Shown: positions 50,236 to 61,424, counted from the whole stretch's first letter. The stretch: 62,686 nt of DNA, filler included, from Globobulimina sp. (GCA_003354225.1; 40 parts of 40 records of this genome joined end to end with filler, not necessarily neighbours in it), one strand, 5' to 3'. Numbers and translations: made by a program. The notes: generated from the letters alone by a model not told the origin.

Positions 50236-51704
50236 ATTGAAATCTTTTAAAATGCATAACAAAAACAAAGAATTTATTTTAGACGAACCGCACCTCCAAT
50301 ATAAAAATACCATAATGGATAAAAACACCGCGCTCTCCCAATTCTTCTGTGAAATAAATGGCCATCTATGATAATTCCCAGTCAGCCATAAGAGACCTAC
50401 CGTTCATCACAAACAAGTTCCTCCTCCATAACGGCGTCCTGCAAGGTTCAGTCCTGTCGCCTGTGTTATACGCTGCTTTCCTTAATGACTTAATTGAAGA
50501 ACTACAACAGTCCGGGTCGGGAGCAGCCTCCCCCGATCCCAACGAGCCCATTGCCTGCACGTTATATGCAGACGATATTATCCTCACTGCCAATAAAATC
50601 TCCCATCTCAACAAACTCCTAAAAATCTGCCAGAATCACAGCAATAAATGGAAATACAGGTTCAATCATAATAAATGTAAAACAATCATATACAATGATA
50701 ATACCATTAACATAAATAACATCAATACATATAACATCGATGACATCCAACTAATAAACCATGAATACCATGACAGCGCAGAGATAAACAATAATAAACC
50801 AGCCCCGATGATCCTCCTTCAAAAACCCATTGACGGCAAAATAATGGCAATAAACGCATATAACAAACCACAGCAATATAACACAGATGAGATCCCTAAG
50901 AAACACTTGCAACGTTTCAGAGACCACGTTAAATTCTACACGGATATCACCAATAAACCCTACCCAATAATGTGGGACAATATACGATATGACAGAAACT
51001 TCACGCCATCCGTGATGCATTTAAAACTGCGACTGAATGGAGAAAAATTACACTGCACAACATTCATTCGATACTTAGGTGCTATGCTGTGCAGTTACGA
51101 CCACACCAATCTGGTGTCGACCCTATACACCAACAGTGCTTTTTTGAAAAAACTTGACTGTAAAGCTCGTATTTTATCAACCCTAGATTTTAATCACATT
51201 TTCATCCCCCTCAAAGATAAAATACGGATATTAAAAACATTCTATCTGGTTTACACCGAAATATTCGCTCAGGTCCTCGATTGAGACCAGATCAATCTAA
51301 AAGAGGCAACAGACAAACAACTTAAAACAATCAGTATACAAACAAAAATCAAGAAGTTTGTCCCAGAACAGCTCTACCTTTGGGCTGGTATTCCCACCCC
51401 GATTGAACGCTGGGCCTCCCTTAAACTTGCCTTCCATTGGAAATTAGTCAAAGGAGACACCATTTCCCTCATGCACCGATGGGCTAAATTACCACATATC
51501 CAACACCATAAACTATTTAAACAATATGCTGATCTCAAACTGAAATGGCTCCCAATGCAAAAGCAAATAGTCCAAGGTGGCACCGCTTGGGTTGATCCAT
51601 ATGACATTGTTCTATACCCACACCAATTAAGACCCATAATTGTGAAACATCAGCATACCCAAATTGTCCACAAATTAAATATATACCATCCAATCAAAAT
51701 CCTA
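50236..51704 (+). mobile_element. Degenerate non-LTR retrotransposon (LINE) reverse transcriptase
   Basis: GVLQGSVLSPVLY..FLNDL, LYADDI, KWKYRFNHNKC, IRYLG; frameshift near 50357 and in-frame TGA at 51282. Confidence 0.9.
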
Positions 51705-51804
51705 NNNNNNNNNNNNNNNNNNNNNNNNNNNNNNNNNNNNNNNNNNNNTTAATTAATTAANNNNNNNNNNNNNNNNNNNNNNNNNNNNNNNNNNNNNNNN
51801 NNNN

Positions 51805-53273
51805 CCATTTTTGCATGCACCTTGAATCTACATAGAGCATTTTCTTACACATACAATTGCAACACGCACTCAATATATTAACAAAAGTCACGTTATCAAT
51901 TATTTCTTTTCTTTCATTTAATTTAACAATATTTAAATATACATTCCATGCATTGTCAAATTGATTGCACTTTGCGTATAACTTAATCATTGAATTTTCG
52001 ATAATTATATTCATCATACTACCTCCATAGGCATTGTATATTTTTATTCCATTGTCCAATAACTTCAAGTTACAGCAAGCAATCAATGCAATAACAATTA
52101 TCTTATCATTATAAATGAGTCCATTTTGCTTTATCAAATCAAACAATTGCAATGCCTTTCTATTATAATAAACATTATTTATTCTTTGTTGAATATATCC
52201 ATTCATCATCACTCCAAAAGAAACAATATCGATTAAATTCTTACGTTTCATCAAATTCCATATTTTCTCCGATTCGGCAATATCGCCATATTTACCAAAC
52301 ATATTTATGAGTTCATTATAAATCCATCGCTCGTTCTCTCTTGAAACCAATGGCAATGAATGAAAATTATGCAATCCAAGTTTATTATAAATCATTTTCC
52401 CTCTCACAATGTCGCCAGTTTTGGTACACAATTTAATCATAATTGAATAGCTGAAAATATTTTTTCTTTTCATTTTCTCAAAAACATTTATTGCTGATTC
52501 GTAATCTGCGCAATTATAAAACATATTAATTAATCCATTTTGCAATTTAACATTTGTTAATATTAATCCATGATTTATATCCTTTGCAATCAGTGTGCCT
52601 TCGGCCAGTCGTTTATGAATGGAACAACATTTAATTATATTTAAGTATGTGATGTCATCAATTTTGCAGTGTGTGATGGCGCCATTTTTAAGCTCATTAA
52701 ATATAATGAATGCCTCATCAAATAAATCGCATTTGCCGTACATTAATATCAACGCATTCTGTATAATAATGTTGGAACAATGCTCTTTGTGGTTTGTGAT
52801 ATTTCTATGGATGGCCAGTGCTAATTTAATATCTTTTGTATTGCCAATCACTTTTAATATGTTTAAATACGTTACTTCATTTTTTGTGGTTAAATTATGA
52901 TAAATTTCAAAGGCAATCAGCGGGTCAAATTTGCCATAAATGTCAATCAAACAATTATTGATTTTTATGTCATTACAAAGTGTTTTATGTTTGCTGATCT
53001 CCAAATGAATGCATTTTGCGGCTTCTAAGTTGTTTGATTTATTGCAGGCTTTTAACACAATAAAATATATGATATCATTTATTTTAATTTGTCGTTTGTT
53101 CATTTCATTGAATAGTTCAAAACATTTATCATATTTTTGGTATTTAATGTATGTATTCATCATTAAACCGTACGTTTTAATATCTCCATTGTTGTAATTA
53201 TTCCATAATGAATCTACAACTTTTAAGTTACCGCTTCGAATGTAATCATGAATTAGTTTTGTTGAATATCTTC
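51805..53273 (-). CDS. Pentatricopeptide-repeat protein, PLS-like (partial)
   Basis: NALILMYGKCDLFDEAFIIF, ITYLNIIKCCS, NELINMFGKYGDIAESEKIW, DIVSFGVMMNGY. Confidence 0.9.
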
Positions 53274-53446
53274 NNNNNNNNNNNNNNNNNNNNNNNNNNN
53301 NNNNNNNNNNNNNNNNNTTAATTAATTAANNNNNNNNNNNNNNNNNNNNNNNNNNNNNNNNNNNNNNNNNNNNACAGTTTATAAATACCACCACAAAAAT
53401 AATAAATTCAAGAAAAAAAAAACCAAAAAACAAAAAAATAATAAGT

Positions 53447-54638
53447 TTATGCAATGATAGTTTAAACGAATTACCATCAGAAGTCGTATTAGAATGTGCT
53501 ACATTTCTTGAAACATATGAATATGTTCGATTTGGGCTTTCAAGCCGTAAAATATATAAATCCATTTATTCTCCATCAAAGCTACAAATGTTATCATTAT
53601 CTGCATTCAGACGCTGTCCTCGATCTTTAGTCGCCAAAAGAATTAAAAATGTGACGGATTTGTCAGTTGATTTATTTGATTGCAATCTTGATGGCAAATA
53701 TGGTCAGGTGTGGAAAGAAAATAATACGATACGTATATTGAAAATATACAACCATTATAATAGTTATATTGATGAAGATGGCAAAGAGTTAGCTTTATTT
53801 ATTGATCAGAAAACAGTAAATTTAGCCAATATTCAATCATTGACATTGACACAAACAACCTTCCAAAACAATTCCTTTTGTAATTTAATAACAAATTTCC
53901 CAAAAATTGAATATTTAAATTTAACGAAGGTTTCTTCAGAGTATAAAAATGATTTAAATCATGATACGATACGGAAATCGCTGCCAAACCTAAAACGGTT
54001 TGTATATGATGGTTTTCATAATATATCCGATCAAATACCAATTGTATTTAATGATAAATTGGAATGGTTGTCATTACAGAATAGAAATGATTTAAACATA
54101 TCATCATCCATAAAATTTCCGAAATTAAATGAATTACAAATATTTAATCCACAAAATAAAGAAATATCAATTTTAAATAGAATGAATGGGTTAAAAACAA
54201 TAAAATTAGATGGGAATAATAATAAAAAAACCAATCAAATCATAAATGAGTTTATAACAAAAATATTTAATGAACAGGCATTTTTGGAACATTTATGTAT
54301 TGTTAATACTGATATTTCTGCTTTTTCTGGATTAGAAACGGCAATCTTTCATTCATGGAGCAAAGAAAGAAAAAATAAATATTTATTAATTGAATATAGA
54401 ATTAAATGGTATAAAGAATTGATGACTAAAAATGAAATGAGTTTAGCTTTGCATAGATTGGTTCATGAATTGGATGATTGGTTCGATGATTTTACAGTTA
54501 GAATTAAGCTGAAAAAGAGAACTAAATTTAAAATGAATTCAGTTGAAATGAAACGGTTTGTTGATGATTTAGAAAGATATAAGAAAAAGCAGCAAAAATA
54601 TATTGTTTATTATGGAGTAACAAAAAGTATAATTAAAT
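53447..54638 (+). CDS. F-box/LRR-like protein; true C-terminus probably on the inverted arm
   Basis: SLNELPSEVVLECATFLETYEYVRFGLSSRKIY in frame with ORF 53588; LPNLKRF and FPKLNELQI. Confidence 0.7.
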
Positions 54639-54842
54639 GGTTAAAACAATGTTTTGAAAATTGTATTTGAATCACTTTTGCAATTTTTATTTGAAATCGA
54701 AAACGTAAATTCATGCGATTTAATTTTACTTTTTGTAACTCCATAATAAACAATATATTTTTGCTGCTTTTTCTTATATCTTTCTAAATCATCAACAAAC
54801 CGTTTCATTTCAACTGAATTCATTTTAAATTTAGTTCTCTTT
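54514..54842. repeat. 125-bp fold-back inverted duplication (likely amplification artefact)
   Basis: 54514-54638 is the reverse complement of 54718-54842 with 2 mismatches near the inner junction; runs off the contig end. Confidence 0.9.
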
Positions 54843-54942
54843 NNNNNNNNNNNNNNNNNNNNNNNNNNNNNNNNNNNNNNNNNNNNTTAATTAATTAANN
54901 NNNNNNNNNNNNNNNNNNNNNNNNNNNNNNNNNNNNNNNNNN

Positions 54943-56271
54943 AAAACAACCACTTCCGCAACAACCACATTCGGAAACGATATCGGCGACTCAGATATAA
55001 AAACATTCCCAATAACAGAGGTTGGTGATGGTTCAGGAATATTTCTTTCTGTAACAATGACAAAATCCACTGAAATATATGAAATTGAGTTACATGGCCC
55101 CATGGATACATGGTTTGGTGTAATATGGGCAGACCATTATGCCGGAGATGCATTTATTTATGTTGGGGATGGTGCGAATCCTGATTATAAATGTTCAGGT
55201 AAAACAGTTTCGACTATTCACCAGGACACGATACAAAGTTGGAGTGTCACCCAAAATATTCTAGTTGAAGGAAGGAGACAAATTAAAGCAAATCGATTGT
55301 TTGATACTGGCGATAAAGAGCATGATTATCCCTTTGATTTCAATCAGAATGCGATCAAATTATTAGTGGCTCATGGCGTAGGCAATAATTTCGATTATCA
55401 TGCTAGTAATCGCTGGGAAGTTACAATAAATATGGAATCTGGCGGATTATCTGAAAATATTATACAATCATTTTATTTATTAAATCATGCCATTTTTATG
55501 TTTGTTGGCTTTGCTGTGCTTATTCCTTTTGCTATATTCTTATTGCAGTTTAAATTGGTATTCTTTAGATATTTTCAGTCATTTTGGATTATACCAATTG
55601 TTCGTTCATGTTTTATTTTAGGTACAATATTAGTTTGGATGGGATTTATTGAGAAATTTGCTCATAATGTGGCACAAAACGGATTTAATTTAGCTTTGTC
55701 GTCTGTTCATTCATATTTTGGATTGATATTAATTTCATTTTGGACATTAATAATTGTGATAAAACATATTTTATATAAAACGGATAAAGAAAAAGAATTT
55801 ATATTATTCAATGTAATTACTTGTATTTTAATTGTGGCATTAATTTTTGCTCAAATATTTGTCGGATTTGTTCGCTTTCAAGTTAAAAGCGTATATTTTA
55901 TCATGTTTGCCAGTTATTGCGGTGTTTATTTTATAATGTATTTATTGTTGGAAATATATCAAAGGAAACAAACAGAAACATTATCGGCACAAACAAATAA
56001 AGCATTTGATTTGCAATTAATTGATATTTATCCAGCAAACAATGATCGAGTATCAATCGTACATAATAATATAACTACGATCCAGTCCCAGAGACAGAGC
56101 ATTGTCTTATCAGATGAAGAAGATCAGGATTTGAATGAAATAGAAATGAATGTAAAATCAAATAATTATTCGATTGAAAATCAAGGTGACGCTGAAAACA
56201 ATGTTGAAACAGATAAAATTGTAGCAAATGATAACGATTCAGATTATGAATATTATTATGAAGATGTTTAA
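54943..56271 (+). CDS. DOMON + cytochrome b561-like protein (5' partial)
   Basis: GPMDTWFGV...GDAFIY...AHG...FDYH; NHAIFMFVGFAVLIP; VHSYFGLIL. Confidence 0.72.
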   Translation, partial: KTTTSATTTFGNDIGDSDIKTFPITEVGDGSGIFLSVTMTKSTEIYEIELHGPMDTWFGVIWADHYAGDAFIYVGDGANPDYKCSGKTVSTIHQDTIQSWSVTQNILVEGRRQIKANRLFDTGDKEHDYPFDFNQNAIKLLVAHGVGNNFDYHASNRWEVTINMESGGLSENIIQSFYLLNHAIFMFVGFAVLIPFAIFLLQFKLVFFRYFQSFWIIPIVRSCFILGTILVWMGFIEKFAHNVAQNGFNLALSSVHSYFGLILISFWTLIIVIKHILYKTDKEKEFILFNVITCILIVALIFAQIFVGFVRFQVKSVYFIMFASYCGVYFIMYLLLEIYQRKQTETLSAQTNKAFDLQLIDIYPANNDRVSIVHNNITTIQSQRQSIVLSDEEDQDLNEIEMNVKSNNYSIENQGDAENNVETDKIVANDNDSDYEYYYEDV

Positions 56272-56511
56272 TAAATTCAGAAAGCAATGTTATTTCCCTT
56301 TGTCTTACGTAGCGTACACATTTTTTCGATCTCCGACACTTGCATATATGCACAGTTTTTTAGTCTTGATTTTATGCAAAAAAAAAAGAATTCAGCACAA
56401 CTCCAAAAGCANNNNNNNNNNNNNNNNNNNNNNNNNNNNNNNNNNNNNNNNNNNNTTAATTAATTAANNNNNNNNNNNNNNNNNNNNNNNNNNNNNNNNN
56501 NNNNNNNNNNN

Positions 56512-57834
56512 ACTCCAACACTTTGCGTGTTTGTCATATTACATACCGTCCAAACAACATTTATATCGAACAATATGCGCAGCACTGAAATAGAGTAAAC
56601 ATGCAAAAAAGCCAACGATTGCTGCTGACCAAATTTCCAGCGTGTAACAGCCCGCTGTAATAGATACCAATCCACCTAAAATCGCACCTAATACATTATC
56701 AACATTCAGCTTCACCACTCCTCGCCACATTAAACTGAACACAGCAACTTTAATATTATATACAAACGAAGGAGAAACAGAACAGAAAATATAACAGAAC
56801 ATACATCATCGAAGCCAGCGCCGATGAAGTTGGACCAATCACAGTGACCAAACCGACAGTATTCAGCACTTCTGGTGTGATGTCAGGCGTAATGGGCTGT
56901 TTAACTGCCGAAGATATATTGAAACCAAACCAACCGTACCATCTATCGATAATATATCAGATATAGAAAATATAGAACTTACAGAATACAAAAACATTAC
57001 ATACAGAATAAATACACCAATGGAAGTAATCATTATTGAGGAGGACTCCTTCCTTGTTTTGAGTGTGCCGGTTGCATTCAGTGAGTCTCGTCTTGCGCCT
57101 AAATTATAAATAGCAACAAACGACGCAATGCCTCCTGTCGTATGCACGACCAATGAACCGCCACCATCAATAAACCCCTTTTTGTAGTTGTTGTGTTGTA
57201 TATAATCGTATTAATATAATATTGAATAAAAAAAAATATACCAAATGGCGCAACCAGCCGTTTTCTGACCATATCCAATGCGCAATGAATGAATAATTGA
57301 TGAGAATGACGAAGAAACAGTATAATACATAAACTTTATTCTTCATTCTTTCAAGAACTCCGCCAGAAATAATTGAGGCGCAAGTCACAGCATACAAACA
57401 CTGGTTAGTTTATTTTTTGTTTTTGTTTGGTTTGTATAATTAATTAATTACAGAAATCTAAACTGCGAGAAACAAATCCGCATAATCTTCAGCAGCAACA
57501 CCCATCAAATAACAATCTGTTGGTCGAGAAATTACACCGTAAAAAGAAGCATTTGAGTTCACAAAAGAATGTGAAAAAACAATATAGGTCAAAATTCCCT
57601 GTATATATTATATAATGAATATGTTTTATATTTATAAGAGTTTATATATATTAACGTAACAACAACAGTGTCTTGGATGTTTTTGAGGATGATGGCTGAT
57701 GTCCAGATAGGTTCAACATAGCCTGCTTCATAACACATGAAACCTAATTGCATCACAAATATTTGACTTGCTGCTGTTCCAAGCCATCCATAATGTGTTT
57801 GTAAATCAAAAGATGTCATCTGAATGTGTGACAT
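56512..57834 (-). CDS. amt: Ammonium transporter (Amt), multi-exon (3' partial)
   Basis: FVMQLGFMCYEAG, SIISGGVLER, AHWIWSENGWL, GFIDGGGSLVVHTTGG, WYGWFGFN, ILGGLVSITAGC; example intron 57178-57241. Confidence 0.93.
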
Positions 57835-58080
57835 TGTGCACGTAACTAGCGCAAACTTCACGTAGTATATTTTCACGAAAACGTTTCAGTTGACATTAAC
57901 TTGAAACAGGAAAATTGCTTGATTTGCTTTATTGATAATTTCCTGAAAACAATAATACGTCTAATACCAATACAAGACACNNNNNNNNNNNNNNNNNNNN
58001 NNNNNNNNNNNNNNNNNNNNNNNNTTAATTAATTAANNNNNNNNNNNNNNNNNNNNNNNNNNNNNNNNNNNNNNNNNNNN

Positions 58081-58300
58081 TACCATTTTTAAAGCCTTTT
58101 GTTTCATTTTTAATAATTTTTAATGGTACCGTTACTATCTTAATACTTTTGTTTAATTTTTTAATAATTTTTAATGGTACCGTTATTATTTTAAAACATA
58201 TATTTACGTTTTTATTATTTTTAGTTAGGATTTTATTATTTTTAATGGCGTGTTTATTATTTTTAAGGGTTTTGTAAAGATTTTAATATTATTCCATTGT
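58081..58300. repeat. AT-rich degenerate tandem repeats (two copies of about 51 bp containing TAATGGTACCGTTA, then TTATTATTTTTAA units)
   Basis: Read directly. Confidence 0.65.
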
Positions 58301-58322
58301 TTTTTCCTCATTTTCCTTGTGC

Positions 58323-58523
58323 GCTCCTCATATATGAGGAGCACAAATGTGATTTGCCCTCATATATGAGGAGCGATAGTGTGTTTTGCCCTCATATATG
58401 AGGAGCGAGTGTGTTCTGCCCTCATATATGAGGAGCGAGTTTGTTCTGCCCTCATATATGAGGAGCGCTAGTGTGTTTTGCCCTCATATATGAGGAGCGA
58501 GTGTGTTCTGCCCTCATATATGA
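58323..58523. repeat. Array of seven 30-32 bp repeats with palindromic core CCTCATATATGAGG
   Basis: Cores start at 58326, 58358, 58390, 58420, 58450, 58482 and 58512 (last partial); first copy lies in a perfect 20-bp palindrome GCTCCTCATATATGAGGAGC. Confidence 0.95.
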
Positions 58524-58566
58524 TGACTTGTGAAGATTCTGTTGATGCAAAGGATGCATTGTTTCC

Positions 58567-58574
58567 TATATAAA
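58567..58574 (+). promoter_or_regulatory. Candidate TATA box (TATATAAA)
   Basis: About 50 bp upstream of ATG 58625, just after the repeat array; AT-rich background weakens the call. Confidence 0.35.
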
Positions 58575-58624
58575 TAAGTTTGTTATTGTTTTTATTTCAT
58601 TTTTCTTGTTCAGTCGAATGTATC

Positions 58625-59549
58625 ATGGCTCCTGATTTTCAATGTTCACATTGTAGGGTTGTTCACACTAATCTACGAAATCACAGGCGTCACTTGAAGA
58701 ACCATGATACAAACTTCTGGTTTTCTTGTCGATACTGTATTTTTGCATCCAAACGAGCAGATAATTTAAAAAGGCATACAGACAAGTATCATTCTACCAA
58801 TGATGGTTCTGTGAATGGTCCAACACTGCCACCTGCAGTAAATGCCAACCCATTTCATCCACATAGCAAAGCACCCATTAAGTCCGCTCAAGCAGATGTC
58901 AGCCATATAGATAGTTTCCAAGAATTTGACAAATGTTTACGGCTTCCTCACAATTTTATCTATGCTGGAGCTACTCAGAGTGTAAGTTTACTTCGTTAAC
59001 CAAATGTATTATCTAACTTACGCTACTTTTGTTTCAGGGCAAAACTTCGCTGTTAATGAAAACTTTGGAAAATGCCAAAAAACTTTACAAACCTGTGCCT
59101 TCTCAAATCTATTTCCTCCATAACTGTAAGTTGTACTTGTGTTATATGTCACCCATATTTGTGATTACTAATGTAAATAAAAATTGTTTAGGTTTTCAAG
59201 AAAATTATGAGAAGTTGAGAAGCAATTTACTTGGCCAAGGAATTAAAATTGAGTTCATAAAGAAACCTACTGTCTCTGAAGCAGACCTTGAAGACCTATT
59301 AGATCCAAATGGTGGTCAGACATTGATAATCATTGATGACAACTCCATTTCTGCAGCAAGCAGTAAAGAAGTGGCTCAAGTTTTTACAACTGCCCGTCAC
59401 AGGAATTGTAGTATTGTGTTGTTGCTTCACTTTATTTTTGGACCATGGCCTAGCAGCCGAATCATATCAGCCAACACCTCCTACTTTTTCTTGCTGAAGT
59501 CTCCTCGAATGACTCAACAGGTTGCTACAATGGGTTCCCAGCTTGGAAA
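58625..59549 (+). CDS. Two C2H2 zinc fingers fused to a Polinton/Maverick-type A32/FtsK-like packaging ATPase, 3 exons (3' partial)
   Basis: FQCSHC...HLKNH and FSCRYC...LKRHTDKYH; FDKCLRLPHNFIYAGATQS|GKT (Walker A across intron 58982-59037); LIIIDD (Walker B); FTTARHRNCSIVLLLH; RIISANTSYFFLLKSPR; second intron 59126-59191. Confidence 0.85.
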
Positions 59550-59899
59550 NNNNNNNNNNNNNNNNNNNNNNNNNNNNNNNNNNNNNNNNNNNNTTAATTA
59601 ATTAANNNNNNNNNNNNNNNNNNNNNNNNNNNNNNNNNNNNNNNNNNNNAATTAAATAACATTCTTGATGTATATGTCTGGGTCACACAAATTACAACTG
59701 GATATATTAGTGTCTGTGCGAGTGATTATTGGGGATTGAATGGTACTCTTTCTGATCCTATAAAACTCACAGCAGTTGGGGCAAATTCATAATTCGTTTT
59801 GAAAACTTAATTGCTACGTTTTGAAAACTTTTAGTTCAGTCACCGTAACTGTGTACAGCATCAGAAGCAATGAAAACGAATTATCGGCTCAATAAGACA

Positions 59900-61063
59900 T
59901 CAATGTTTAGAAAGCCAATCGTCAATAAACTGTCGTTGCACATCATATGCTGCATCATACACTCTGTCAAGTTCTTTGGCTGTTCCACGAATATACCTTT
60001 TCATAAAACATTTGTCATTTAATTTACGTGTATCTAAAACATGTATAGCTACGATATTGATAAATAATTCCATTAATATCGTATCTGTTGTACCGATACC
60101 AATTATAAGCTCAATAAACTCCTTTAATATATCCTTTCTTAGTTGTTGTAATTTTGTCAATTCATACAAAACCCCCAATACATTCATGTCGGAAACGCAA
60201 AATATATCTCTCATTAATTGTTTTTGAACATTATCATTAATCTCAACAAATAAATATTTTGCCATTGATTTTGTTACATATTTTCTACAAAATAATACTG
60301 TCTCACTTTTAGTCATATTAATTTCACAAATGTAATTTAAAAATTTTCCTGCTTGAATCATGATATTATTTTCAATATTTTTTGGATATAATTTATGACA
60401 ATTTACATACAATAAATCCAAAATACAATGGATACCATCATTGGTAATAACTTTTAATAAATATTTATTTAGCAAACTATACATTTCTTGTTTTGCCATT
60501 ACAGCCAAATCGCAAACTATCAAAGGCGCGGTCACTGCCTGTAACTTAATGATTGATTGGGAATAATATTCCTCATTCGCTTCAACATTGGAAACAGTCC
60601 AATCTATTTTGGTAATTTCGTTACATAAAAAATATAATTTATCTTCAACTTTGAAATTATTGATTTGAACATCCAATTCATCATAAATAGATTTTTTAAA
60701 AACAATAATATTCACAGGCGATACTGTTCGGAATAACAACTGTTTGATAATGTTTGTGGACATTATTGCTGTTCGACCATTTTTTATGTCAATGTGCTCG
60801 AAAAAATTGACATGAAAAAGTCTGGTTTGATCTTGTGAATGTAATATATTTATAACACCGCGCTGTAGAATATTGTCAGAAATTGAATGGATATCAATAA
60901 TTAAATCTATATATAATTTCTGTATGTCTTTAAACAAAAATATATTTCGAATAATTCTCTCTCGTAAATATTCTTCGATTGACACTATATATTCTTCGAA
61001 TGAATTGTCATCGTCTTCGAATTCAAAAATATCAGTGACATTTATAATATTGTACTTAAACAA
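59900..61063 (-). CDS. Hypothetical protein (5' partial)
   Basis: 387-aa ORF, no recognised motif. Confidence 0.5.
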   Translation of the reverse strand: MFKYNIINVTDIFEFEDDDNSFEEYIVSIEEYLRERIIRNIFLFKDIQKLYIDLIIDIHSISDNILQRGVINILHSQDQTRLFHVNFFEHIDIKNGRTAIMSTNIIKQLLFRTVSPVNIIVFKKSIYDELDVQINNFKVEDKLYFLCNEITKIDWTVSNVEANEEYYSQSIIKLQAVTAPLIVCDLAVMAKQEMYSLLNKYLLKVITNDGIHCILDLLYVNCHKLYPKNIENNIMIQAGKFLNYICEINMTKSETVLFCRKYVTKSMAKYLFVEINDNVQKQLMRDIFCVSDMNVLGVLYELTKLQQLRKDILKEFIELIIGIGTTDTILMELFINIVAIHVLDTRKLNDKCFMKRYIRGTAKELDRVYDAAYDVQRQFIDDWLSKH

Positions 61064-61424
61064 TAGTAAGCGCAGAATGTAAATACCTTGTTTAATACAT
61101 TTTTTAATATCATTTAGTNNNNNNNNNNNNNNNNNNNNNNNNNNNNNNNNNNNNNNNNNNNNTTAATTAATTAANNNNNNNNNNNNNNNNNNNNNNNNNN
61201 NNNNNNNNNNNNNNNNNNAACGTTTTTGTCACCCAGCAATTCATTTCTGTACAGGCGCAAAGTTCTAAAATCCTGGAATTCCTAAAAAACGACAATGATT
61301 ATGAAAAGAAACTGAGCGACAATGATTTTGACAATTAGTATAATATTATACAATAATTTACCGTTGGTTTAATCCACAGTTAATTAAAAAAACAGTTTGC
61401 TTTGAAAAATAGTACTCGACAATC

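Noticed and set aside
45846-51284. Alternative genetic code (TGA = Trp), suggested by in-frame TGAs at 45846 and 51282
   Set aside because: TGA ends genes at expected C-termini (HDAC 37231, GPCR 11102), Trp is encoded by TGG throughout, and the LINE copy also has a frameshift.
58323-58523. CRISPR array
   Set aside because: Intervening sequences are short and nearly identical rather than unique spacers; no cas genes; eukaryotic intron-containing context.
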